DNA of 64,000 nt from Andalucia godoyi And28 (taxonomy: Eukaryota; Protista; Jakobida), in NCBI GenBank assembly GCA_009859145.1, contig VRVR01000009.1:355468-419467 (forward strand), given 5' to 3'. Of this stretch, positions 1-9,976 are shown one piece after another (the first letter of the stretch is position 1; each line of letters begins with the position of its first letter). Both the position numbers and the translations under genes were made by a program. Below the pieces are notes generated by a model, which saw nothing but the letters and a program-made list of their open reading frames with translations, searched no databases and was not told the DNA's origin.

Positions 1-1
1 G

Positions 2-859
2 CTACCCTACAAATTTGTGGAACGCGGCAATGCACCTCGTCCACGTTTTTCTTGCTTGCCCTTCTCGCTTATGGATTGCACTACTCCAGCAATGAAAGAA
101 CAGCGACTGTGTGAAGTGCTTCGAACACTGAAGATAAAATGCCTGCTTCCAACTGTTGACACTGCCAGCGGTTTCCGAGAATGGAAGACTCTCACGCATC
201 GGTATGTGGTAACCAGGGACAACGAAATTGTAATGTACGCTGACGGAGAGCACGCAAAGGAATTCGATTGCATCCAGTCTGTTTGTGGACACTCCGGCGC
301 AGTTTTGGACATTTCATTCTCGCCCGACAGCAAGCGCATCGCATCGGCATTTGCCGACAAGAGAGTGAAAGTGTGGCAAGATGAACAGTGTTGCCAAACA
401 CTTGTTGGGCATGCAAAGAGTGTTAATTGCGTTGCATTCTCACCTGACGGCAAGTGCATTGTATCTGGTGCGGACGATGGAACAATTAAGTTGTGGAGTC
501 TGCAAGATCCGTTGAAGTTCCAAGCGAAGCCTCGGTCCTCCGTCACCGCCATTGCCGTCTCGACAGATCCGAATCGGTTTACTTCTGTCCATTCTGACGG
601 TACCGTGAATCTCTGGCATCAAGATCAGTGCACGAGCTCTGTTTCTTTGTCATTTGTTGAGTGGATGTCATTTTACACGGACTCCATCGTCATCGGTGTG
701 CAGGTAAATGGGAAAGCTTTCGTTATTCAGGACGGTCATTTGAGATGGAATGACACTGTCAATGATAAGATACTGATAGAATCGACGCTGCTTCAGATCA
801 CAAGCCATTCTGACGTACCATGTGTTTTTTGGCAAAGGCGCGAGCTCGTTGAACGATGA
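2..859 (+). CDS. WD40-repeat protein (5' end open at window edge)
   Basis: GH...W repeats: GHSGAVLDISFSPDSKRIASAFADKRVKVW and GHAKSVNCVAFSPDGKCIVSGADDGTIKLW. The frame is open from position 2 and ends at TGA 857-859. Confidence 0.8.
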   Translation, partial: LPYKFVERGNAPRPRFSCLPFSLMDCTTPAMKEQRLCEVLRTLKIKCLLPTVDTASGFREWKTLTHRYVVTRDNEIVMYADGEHAKEFDCIQSVCGHSGAVLDISFSPDSKRIASAFADKRVKVWQDEQCCQTLVGHAKSVNCVAFSPDGKCIVSGADDGTIKLWSLQDPLKFQAKPRSSVTAIAVSTDPNRFTSVHSDGTVNLWHQDQCTSSVSLSFVEWMSFYTDSIVIGVQVNGKAFVIQDGHLRWNDTVNDKILIESTLLQITSHSDVPCVFWQRRELVER

Positions 860-1114
860 AGAAGCGCGCTTTCGATAGCTGCGCCACGTAATAAAATTGT
901 GTCAGCGAAACGGTCTGGTGGAGCTCAATCCAGTTCGCAAGCGTTGATTGCGAATTACAGGCCAAAGAGCCTTTTTAAGACACTTTGCACTTATTTTTGG
1001 CTCAAAAATTGCCGCAAAATCTTGGCTTACTCATCGCGAAATGAGCATCTCCAGAAGTGTCCTTCACAGTTTGATTTTGAATGAGACGGAGCGTATCTAG
1101 GAACTTTACAGGTT

Positions 1115-4100
1115 CTACTCGGCGGCAGGCGGAGGGTCTGCGGCAGCGACATCCTCAGCAATTCCCGAGTCTCTCTCCTGGAGTGGCGTACAATCAATGT
1201 TCGACTGTTCTTCACAATTCGAAGGGGCCGATTTTTCGTTCAAACCAGTGTCGGGCACCATTTCCGCCGCACTGATGCTCGTCTCTGGCTCGGAAATTCG
1301 CGACTCTTCACTGACGACGTTTTCTTTCTCTGGCGCCGCTTCCGTCTCCACGATGACGGTAGAGACGTCAATGCTTGACGACATCTTGCATTCTGCAAAA
1401 TGCGATGATGATCCACACTCCGCGTCGTCTGTGCTCATGTCGAGCATGGGGATGGCGGGAGATAAAGGCAGAGCTGCAGACTTGCGCCGTTTCCAGAACC
1501 AGACTCTTCCGACAACTAGGGCGCCGAGAACTACCAGAGGAACCACAACAATTGCAGCAATGTCTCCTGCAGACAGTGACCCCGATCCGCTTCCGTCAGA
1601 CGATGGGGAAGAAGGGCTTCGGAGCGCGTACAAAACCGTCACAGTCGGCTGTGATCCGGAGCTGCGGACAGAGTGCAGAGCAGGTGTAGGAGACAACGGC
1701 GTCGGATTGTACAGACCGACGTACACCGGCCCGCTCGCAAGGATCGACAGTGTTGCCGTTGTCGACTCGATGCGCTGCATGACTTCCCAGCTGGCCGAAG
1801 ACGGCGATGGATTCGATGTCGACAGATATGCATCCACCGTGCCCCCGGTCACGGTGACAGTGATTTCGACGATTCGGGCGCCGGCGGTAGCGAACGATGG
1901 TGTGGACACGAACTTTGGCTGGCCGGGAGCAATAGCACCTACCAGCACCTCTGAATTCTCGGCGACTACTTCCGTCTCTGACAGCGCAATCCAGGCACTG
2001 CCTGCCGCTGAGCCGCGCATGCACACGAAGCACTTTGCGTTTTGCACAAACCACGAACTTGCCGACGTGAGCGTCGTCACATTCAGCGCCAGGCTCAGCG
2101 ACTCTCCTTTGGTGCTCGCAGTCGGCAGCGTTTCAAATGTGCTGACGTTGCATGAGGCAAACGATTCCACGGTCACTGCCTGACGATTCCATGTCGCATA
2201 CACAGAAAGGGAGGCATTCGACGAGCTCAGCTGGTGCGATGCACACTGCCAATCTGCCGACAGCAGCGACAGTTCTGTGGGCAATAGTGCAGTCTCGGAA
2301 ACATTGTAGATATTGCACCGCGGAGCTCTGTCCACGCTGGAGACTCCGCTGCTGCAGGTCGTGCAGTATGGTGATGCAGTTGGCGAGTACGTTCCTACTG
2401 GGCACGCATCGCAAGCCCCGCTTGCGTAGATGCCCGTGTAGGTTCCTGCTGGGCATGGGCTGCAGCCTCCGTTGCCAAACCCAGGTGCAAACCACCCTGG
2501 ATAGCATTGCGCACAGCTCGCAGATCCAGCCACAGGGTACGTTCCAGCAGCGCAAGGAGTGCAGACACTGACGTTGTTCGCACCGACGACTGATGAAGTC
2601 TGTCCAAAGGGACAGTAGTAGCAGGACTGCTGGTCCGGCAAGCTTTGCCATGTGCCTGCAGGACACTGCGCACAGGCTGTTGCGCTGACGCGATACTGGC
2701 CGGGAGCGCATGTGCAAGCGCCGCAGGACGTCGATCCGACAGCGGGCGCGCACTGTCCGGTGCTGCAAGCTGTGCAGGTAGCGCTGCCCGCCGACGACGA
2801 GAACGAGTTCACGGCACACGGAATGCATGCTGTGGAGTTCGTCGAGCCGTTGCTCGGATTGTAGGTGCCTGCGGGGCACAGCAAACAGGATGCATTGTTT
2901 GTCGAGCCGATATTCGGATTGTACGTTCCAGCGGAGCAGAGGGTACATGCAGCGGACCCTGCAGCAGTCGCGTAGCTCCCAGCAGAACAAGACGTGCATG
3001 CAGAAGTACTCGACGAGCCCGTTGCGTTGTTTGAAGTCCCTGCGCTGCACAAAGTGCATGACGTCGAGCCTTTCGATGTCGAATACGATCCAATGGGACA
3101 TTTGACGCACGTGGAAGCGTTCGTGGCTCCCGCGCTGCTACCAAACGACCCAGGAGCACATGCATGGCACGATTGGACGCTTGAGTCCCCTGTTGTGTTT
3201 CCAAACGTACCCCCCGGACACAGTGTGCACGCTGCAGAGCTGGTTGCTCCTGTTCGATTGTTGTACGTTCCTGTAGCACAAAGCGTGCATGACGTCGAGC
3301 CGCTGACCGGTGAATACGAACCTTCAGGGCAAGTATAGCAGGATGAAGCATTTGACGTACCACCAGTCGTGTTTCCAAACGTTCCACTCGCACATAGAGT
3401 GCAAGTAGAAGATCCGGCCGTCGTTGAAAAGGAGCCCGCAGGGCACGCATAGCACGAAGATGCACTTGTTGAGCTAGTTGAGTTTCCAAATGTACCCCGT
3501 GGGCACGACATGCAGCCAGAGGATCCATTGAAGCTTGCGAAAGATCCTTGCGCACATGGAGTGCAAATGCTGGAAGAGTTGGCACCAGTGACCGCGCTGT
3601 AAGTTCCAGCGACGCAGGACTCGCAATTCACTGTTCCGTTTGTTGAGGAATAGTATCCAGCTGCACAAGGACTGCAAGATGTTGCAGAAGAAACGTTGAC
3701 GAAGGTTCCAGGAGAGCAAATTGCGCACGTCGCAGAACCGTTGAAGGGAGCATAGGATCCAGGAATACAAGGTTGACATGTGCTGGAGCGGTTCGCTCCA
3801 ATTGCAGCACTCGCAGTACCAGCATCGCAAAGAGTGCACACAGTTGAACCGTTGGTGGTTGCATACGAACCAGAACCGCATGAAACACAAGTTAAAGAGG
3901 TATTTGCAGCAATCTTCAAGCTGGCAGTTCCTGCTGGACACCCGGTGCATGTCGAGGATGCTGAAACTGCCGAATAACTGCCAGCAGCGCATGGAAGACA
4001 TGACGAAGAAGAATTCGCTCCCACGATGGGGTTATAGGTTCCTGCAACGCAGTTCTGACACGTAGACGAGCCATTGCTTTGTGAATATTTTCCAGATGGA

Positions 4101-5578
4101 CACAAGGTGCAATTCACTGTGCCTGCTGCCGATGCAAAAGAACCGGAAGGGCAGGGCAGGCATGCCGGAGTGCCTGCAACAGGAGAATGGTATCCGGACA
4201 AGCAATTCGTACACGATGTTGAACCGGGTAGAGAAGATTTTCCTGCCAAGCACAGCGTGCAAGACACCGACATCTGGTTACTATTGTAGGAACCAGCAGG
4301 ACAAAGGGTGCAATTAGAAGCGCCTTCACTGGAATACGTCCCTGCAAGACAAGCAGTGCAGTACGCCGCTCCTCCTACGGAAAATGTACCTGCAGGGCAA
4401 ACGCTGCAGTTGTAGTAGGTGGAATGCCGAAAGTACCCCGGTTCACACCAAGTGATGTTGGAGTACTGCATGACAACAGGACGAACAGCGTAAGACGGCG
4501 TCATATCGATAAATCCGACCACGACGGTCGCATTCTGAGGCGTTCCCAAATAGACTTCACAGTTGACAACGTTGAACTCCGGATAGGCATACGTACCTCC
4601 AACAAGAGACCAAACGGAACCATTCCACTGCTGGACAACAACAGCAAGACGATTGAACAAGCTGTAGGATTGATCCGGATAGCCCACAAACAAATTTCCA
4701 TGCTTGTCGATGGCAAATGCAAGAAACACTACTTGGCCAGGAGCAAATGAACCACCGACAATATCCCAGTCAGAGCCGTTCCAACGTTTCACATATGAGC
4801 CATTTCCAGGATAATTTGAGAATGGCTGATTGTAGGCGATATATGGAGAGTCAGCAGCATCCAACTGCAGCTGGAGAGCTTGTACGTGAGCGGAAAATTT
4901 GTCCGGGAGTATCTCCCATGCAGATCCTGTCCAACGAGAGACATGCCCATCGCTGGAGGTCCCAGCCGTGAATGCAGCATACGGATTTCCGGCAGCGTTG
5001 AAAGCCAGAGACGTGTACTCTGTCGAGTCATTATAAAGATAGGTTCCGAGCATGGACCACGTCGCTCCGTTGAACTTTCGCACGTATGGTTGTCGTGTCA
5101 CTGGAGTGGCCGCCTCCAGGATGAGAGCATATATGTCTCCCACCTTGTTGACACCAATCGTTGTTATACCCCCACTCGCAGTAAGACTTCCGGGAGGACC
5201 CACATACTGCCAACCAGTCCCGTTAAACGTAGCAACAGAAAAACGACTTTGATATGCTCCATCCTGAAATGCAACATAAATCTTGTTGTCAACGGGGCTG
5301 ATCGCCATGCTTGTAAAAGTCGCACCGGAGTTTGACATAGGTGCAGGTCCTATGTCAACCCAATCGGATCCGTCAAACTTCATCACGTGGAGTTTGCCAT
5401 TGAACGGAGGAAGCATGTCAGAGAACGCAACATACGTCACATTGTCCGGACCAACAACCATTGACCATGGCCGCTGGGGAGCACCGGGCAAGCCCAAGGG
5501 ACCCTGGGGATTCCAAGCGAATTCCGCCGTAACTACTCTGATTCCAATGCACAGCAAAAGCCAGATCAAGATTCGCAT
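1115..5578 (-). CDS. Type I membrane surface protein: signal peptide, beta-propeller-like repeats, many CxxC/CxxG Cys-rich (GCC2_GCC3/ephrin-receptor-like) repeats, one TM helix, acidic tail
   Basis: ATG at 5578 gives MRILIWLLLCIGIRVVTA. About six [KR][FW]xGxxWxxxG repeats are followed by more than 20 CxxCxAG[ST]Y repeats, then TM IAAIVVVPLVVLGALVVGRVWFW plus KRRK. Confidence 0.9.
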   Translation of the reverse strand: MRILIWLLLCIGIRVVTAEFAWNPQGPLGLPGAPQRPWSMVVGPDNVTYVAFSDMLPPFNGKLHVMKFDGSDWVDIGPAPMSNSGATFTSMAISPVDNKIYVAFQDGAYQSRFSVATFNGTGWQYVGPPGSLTASGGITTIGVNKVGDIYALILEAATPVTRQPYVRKFNGATWSMLGTYLYNDSTEYTSLAFNAAGNPYAAFTAGTSSDGHVSRWTGSAWEILPDKFSAHVQALQLQLDAADSPYIAYNQPFSNYPGNGSYVKRWNGSDWDIVGGSFAPGQVVFLAFAIDKHGNLFVGYPDQSYSLFNRLAVVVQQWNGSVWSLVGGTYAYPEFNVVNCEVYLGTPQNATVVVGFIDMTPSYAVRPVVMQYSNITWCEPGYFRHSTYYNCSVCPAGTFSVGGAAYCTACLAGTYSSEGASNCTLCPAGSYNSNQMSVSCTLCLAGKSSLPGSTSCTNCLSGYHSPVAGTPACLPCPSGSFASAAGTVNCTLCPSGKYSQSNGSSTCQNCVAGTYNPIVGANSSSSCLPCAAGSYSAVSASSTCTGCPAGTASLKIAANTSLTCVSCGSGSYATTNGSTVCTLCDAGTASAAIGANRSSTCQPCIPGSYAPFNGSATCAICSPGTFVNVSSATSCSPCAAGYYSSTNGTVNCESCVAGTYSAVTGANSSSICTPCAQGSFASFNGSSGCMSCPRGTFGNSTSSTSASSCYACPAGSFSTTAGSSTCTLCASGTFGNTTGGTSNASSCYTCPEGSYSPVSGSTSCTLCATGTYNNRTGATSSAACTLCPGGTFGNTTGDSSVQSCHACAPGSFGSSAGATNASTCVKCPIGSYSTSKGSTSCTLCSAGTSNNATGSSSTSACTSCSAGSYATAAGSAACTLCSAGTYNPNIGSTNNASCLLCPAGTYNPSNGSTNSTACIPCAVNSFSSSAGSATCTACSTGQCAPAVGSTSCGACTCAPGQYRVSATACAQCPAGTWQSLPDQQSCYYCPFGQTSSVVGANNVSVCTPCAAGTYPVAGSASCAQCYPGWFAPGFGNGGCSPCPAGTYTGIYASGACDACPVGTYSPTASPYCTTCSSGVSSVDRAPRCNIYNVSETALLPTELSLLSADWQCASHQLSSSNASLSVYATWNRQAVTVESFASCNVSTFETLPTASTKGESLSLALNVTTLTSASSWFVQNAKCFVCMRGSAAGSAWIALSETEVVAENSEVLVGAIAPGQPKFVSTPSFATAGARIVEITVTVTGGTVDAYLSTSNPSPSSASWEVMQRIESTTATLSILASGPVYVGLYNPTPLSPTPALHSVRSSGSQPTVTVLYALRSPSSPSSDGSGSGSLSAGDIAAIVVVPLVVLGALVVGRVWFWKRRKSAALPLSPAIPMLDMSTDDAECGSSSHFAECKMSSSIDVSTVIVETEAAPEKENVVSEESRISEPETSISAAEMVPDTGLNEKSAPSNCEEQSNIDCTPLQERDSGIAEDVAAADPPPAAE

Positions 5579-6650
5579 GCGTGTTTGTTTGGTTGTTTGT
5601 TCGTTGTACTTTTGAAACAATAACAAGAAAGAAAGAAGAAAAAGAGAATCACAAAGAAAGACAAGAAGGGTGCCGTTTCATTGGATTTGCTGTGGCAGTG
5701 GCTCTGTTGTCCATTCAATTTCACACTAGCCTGCCAACCGTCTGGAGTTCTTGTTCTCGATCAATGGCGAAAAAAGAGAAAAGCAAATTGAAGTCTGCAA
5801 AGATCCGAGCATTCCCCGAGCCGTATCTGATGTGACATACCCTGCTTCTGCTCGTAATAATCGGAACCAGACATGTCCGCTCTGTTCATGAAGGCGGACT
5901 ACTGCAAAAAACTTGTCCTAGCACATTGGGAACCTGGAGACTCGAGTGTCAAATGCCAACTTGCATCTCCATTTGCTGTCGGAAAACGATGACCGGAGAT
6001 GCGAGCAAACAACCTAGCGGAGCTCCGATGTGAGCATGTGATCGACAGACGATTCCAGAATGACACCTGATTTGCGATCATTCAGGGTTGGCAATAAGAG
6101 GAGGAGAAAATTTTCGAGTTTTCGATGGTTCCATCCGGGACGAGCATTCCGAAAGCCTGTCAGATGGTCAGAAAAAAGTGCGAAAAAGCGGAAGTCCACG
6201 TTGAAAGCTTTCAATTCGAGACTCAGATGGGTCATTGCCACCGACCGGCAATTTTCTTGTTTATGTTTCGCATCGTGTCTGCAGTAACTGCCATTCTTCG
6301 CTCTTCGGCTTGCCCGACAGATGCTGGAGGGGAAGATGGCAAATCAAACATCCGAACACCGTGTGCTTGACTGTTCCGCTAGCATTATCTTCGGTTCTCC
6401 TTGTGATGTACACCAGTCTCATTCCAGAAACCATGATGGGGTTTTTCAACCCATGTCAGCATAACAAGGAGGAACTAACTTGAATGAAAGGGTGCAACCT
6501 ACGAACTTCCAGAAGAGTAACTGGGGGGGACGATTCGTTAAGTGAATTCAGTCATCTACTTGATCGACACATATGCTGACCAGAAATGCCAAAATGCGAG
6601 AAAATTTTCAAGGCCTGCTGCGTTTGTCGAATGCTCAAGCCCGGATTGAG

Positions 6651-7620
6651 TTATCCGCGGACGGTCGTGCAAGACTCTCGCATACGGCTCAAAAGCAAAC
6701 AACCTGCGGTGCTTCGCTCTTCCAATTCAAAAAGCGTCGGCGCCGCGTCCCTCAGCTGCTGGAAAAACAATCGTAGAGAGTCGCGGTCGGCCAGCACTGG
6801 TGTATCAAGCGAGGGATCCAGCAGATGAGCGATGATTTCTCTTCGAATCTCAAACAGCTCTGTTTTGGTCCGCACGCGAGAGTGCGAGTCCTGTTGCAGA
6901 TTCTTCTCATCAAGAACAATGGCCATTGGCGGCAGCCACAAGAGCGCGTCGCCGAATGCAATGCACATTGTAGTCAGCATTGCCTGCTGCAAGCAGACCT
7001 GCAATCGCTCGCCATCGGACAGATCGGCCAACGACGCCACTGCATCCAGCCAATCGGGCGAGAAGGCAGTGTGGTAGTGAAACTCGTCATTTCGCTTTTG
7101 CATAAACGAAGCACCGCCCCAATCAATCAAGCATACTGGGAACAGAAATTCATTGACTGGCTCGCTCAGAAGGAAGATGTTCTACGGACAAATGTCCATG
7201 TGGTAGATGCCCTTCTCGTGGCAGCTCGACACGATGGATATCGACTGGTGGAGAAGCTGGGAACAATAAAGCATCGCATGCTCGGAAAAGCACGATGCAA
7301 GTGGCAAAGGGTTGCCCACGGGAGTCGTGCAGAGAACACCACCGCGCTCGGACTGTCCAGAAACCACAAGGGACGGCACCCAGTACTTATGACCGCTCCA
7401 GTCGATTGTAGCAAGTTCTATCAGTGCACTTTTCTCCATCTCCATATCTGCGAGTTTCGACGTCGGAAAGCATTTCACGACAACCGAGGTCGTCTGATCC
7501 ACGACAGCCACCGCAATCTCGACCGCATCCCAACTAACTGGACCTGTTGTGCAATCGATAACGAATCAGCAATCGCAGAAGATACAGTAGACACGACAGG
7601 AGGAGCTTCGCCGTCCTAGG
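6651..7620 (-). pseudogene. Disrupted protein-kinase-like gene (FunK1/Crinkler-type kinase)
   Basis: ORFs 7182-7511 and 6651-7130 are in the same frame and read VVVK...GIYHMDICP*NIFLL...LIDWGGA. TAG 7182-7184 falls inside the catalytic loop, and further frame breaks occur upstream. Confidence 0.7.
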
Positions 7621-8563
7621 AACATCTAAATACACTGGCGCTCCCTCTTCGAATGTGATGACAGAGTCGGCGGTGGGCGCAGGAGACGCAAATTGCGATG
7701 GTTCCGGGGATTCCAATTCCCCGAGGAGATGCATCGATGGGTCAGGTCGATGGGCGATTCCGAAAGCACCGGTGATTGAAGGCTCAAGTCGACTGTTGCA
7801 TCAGGAGCAGGATGCTGTGGCGATTTGTTGAGGGTTGCAGCAAACACGTCGTAGATATCCAAATTCTGTTTACGCAATCTCTGAAAACACATCAAGACAG
7901 GAACAGAAGTAAAAAGAAAACGGCAAGTGCAAAACACCACAGCAGCAAACGGGTCCGCAGGACGATTGCCTGGATGTGGAGATGACGGTTTCATTGGCAC
8001 AAGTGCTTCTGGCTGCACAGTTTCTCGATATGGGTAGAGCGGGAGCGGAATTAGTGCTGCTGGACATCAGCGAGCTCGTTTGGTGCGATCGGTGAGCTGT
8101 ACTTTTCAATGTAAAATGTGCTGTCATCCTCAGTTTTTTTGTCTCATTGTTGCACTTTGGACCGTTGAGCGCGCGACAGGCGTCGTGACGGGGCTGTCTG
8201 TCGTCCGCTGGGAGTGGCGCAAGCACGGTTCTTCAAGAACAAGGCGAGAAACGGCGATATCACAGAAGAACACCGGAGTGCAGAACTCCACTGAGCAGCT
8301 CCTTGTCGATGCAGGCGCATGCCGATGCACTGAATACATGAACAGAACAGAGAAAAACTGAAATGAATGATGCTTTTATGACCTAATTAATCAAAAAACA
8401 CAACTCTGCAGGGAGGCAGCCAAAAGCGACGATTTTTAATACACAAGGAGATATTGTTGTGGGCGTTGCATACATTTCGAAATCGCATCTTGGTAACGAG
8501 TAGGAACAGAGATATAACAGAAATGCGCAGCCATGCGAAATCGAGTTCGCATGGGCCATTTTC

Positions 8564-8583
8564 AGGCGAACTCGAGTTCGCCT
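8564..8583. repeat. Perfect 20-bp palindrome AGGCGAACTCGAGTTCGCCT
   Basis: Read directly. It is flanked by TTTTc and AAAA, with partial copies AAATCGAGTTCGC (~8538) and AAAATCGACTTCG (~8584). Confidence 0.9.
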
Positions 8584-8657
8584 AAAATCGACTTCGGTCG
8601 GCTCACAGAATTTTCAGGTTCACGTTTGTTCGTTTCCCTCATACCTTGCTGCGTGAA

Positions 8658-9626
8658 ATGTTGACACCAATGTTGTCTCATGCAAACGAGGGCGCAGCGG
8701 AAGAACTGGTTTTGGTTTTTAGTCAACCAGACAACACGGTTGGAGAAACCATTGTCCGTCTCCTCGATGTCACGGGAATCCTTCAGCTCGTAACAAGGTC
8801 CAGTGCGCCAGGCACCATCCGAAGCTCGAGCCTGCTCCTCGTTTCTGTTGCAGATGCGGTCTGCGGGCGACTGGACCCGTCAGTGTCCTGGCTACAACCA
8901 AGCGGCTTGCCTCGGTGGAAATACACGAGTCTGCCTCATATTTCTGTTGACCTGTCCATGTCCTCCTCGATCGTTAGGTTATTGTGCGATGGTGGATTGG
9001 GCATGACCAGCACTGTGTATCCGTTGGCACGGGAATATGACGGTGTCTTGTTTCTCGGGGGAGCGCTTCCGCGAGTGATTTCGCGCGCAAGCTTTCTTCG
9101 TTCTCTTCTGAGCAGCGGACTGACTTGCAGGCGCATGTACATTCTAACGGGCCCCAGGGACCTGCAGTCGGATGCAGGCGAGACAGACTCGGCGTTGTTT
9201 GATGCCTGTGGAGAAGTCGTGGCAACGGAAGAGGAGATGGTTCCATTGGTACTGAGTAGAATGCTGGATGTTCGGACGGCTTTCTCGGACGTCACAGTTG
9301 TTTCGGGAGCTCGGGATGCTGATTACGGCCGTGCAACGACGGAGAGCTCTGTGCGGGCATGGCTGACGCAATGCGAGGTGCAGGGTGGCCGATATTTGGC
9401 GATTTCGAACCAGCCGTTTGTGTTCTATCAGCAGCTTGTTATAGACAGAACTGTCCGCGAAGCTCGGACTCTGGTGTTGGGGAACGATGCCGGCCCCGGA
9501 GTGGACTGTGTGGGACCAACCTGCTTGTCTTGCGATCAAACAACCTGTCAATTCAGTCTTGTGCTTCTCGACACATGTGCGCGCATCTTGAATGAACTGT
9601 CTCGGCAGAATGCTGCGGTGTCGTGA
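8658..9626 (+). CDS. Hypothetical alpha/beta protein resembling a bacterial YdcF/DUF218-like family
   Basis: Intact 322-aa ORF from ATG 8658. Motifs include GVLFLGG, ILTGPRDL, TEEEM, RATTESS, LAISNQPFVFYQQ and LLDTCARIL. Confidence 0.65.
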   Translation: MLTPMLSHANEGAAEELVLVFSQPDNTVGETIVRLLDVTGILQLVTRSSAPGTIRSSSLLLVSVADAVCGRLDPSVSWLQPSGLPRWKYTSLPHISVDLSMSSSIVRLLCDGGLGMTSTVYPLAREYDGVLFLGGALPRVISRASFLRSLLSSGLTCRRMYILTGPRDLQSDAGETDSALFDACGEVVATEEEMVPLVLSRMLDVRTAFSDVTVVSGARDADYGRATTESSVRAWLTQCEVQGGRYLAISNQPFVFYQQLVIDRTVREARTLVLGNDAGPGVDCVGPTCLSCDQTTCQFSLVLLDTCARILNELSRQNAAVS

Positions 9627-9976
9627 TCGTCGTGTTGTCCGAGGGGTCACGCAGTCCTTCCTTCATGTTTCTTCTTTCATTGAAATGAAGAAGCCAATCT
9701 GCTTGGACGCTTCGCCGTACGACCGGTGAAGGCTTTTCCTCGTGGTCGCAAAGCATGCGCAAAAGCCAAAAGAGGGGTTTTTTTCCGGGGGGGATTTTGC
9801 CTTTTTCCTTTTATGGGAATTGAGGAAAGCCGCCTGTTTCCGGTCTCCTGTCTCCCCGCAGTTTTCGTCTGCTTCCCTCCTTTTATTCTCTCGTTTCTCT
9901 CGTTTCTCTTCTTTTGTTCTCCCCCCTTCTTTTTCTTCTTTTACCTTGTATCTTTCAAAATTCGTTTTTCCAGACC

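Noticed and set aside
1197-4300. Long antisense and alternative-frame ORFs over the Cys-rich gene (e.g. 1197-2183, 2133-3110)
   Set aside because: They are shadows of a repetitive, codon-biased coding sequence and carry no independent motifs.
5880-6480. Short ORFs between the surface-protein gene and the kinase pseudogene
   Set aside because: No recognisable motif and several stops; coding status cannot be supported.
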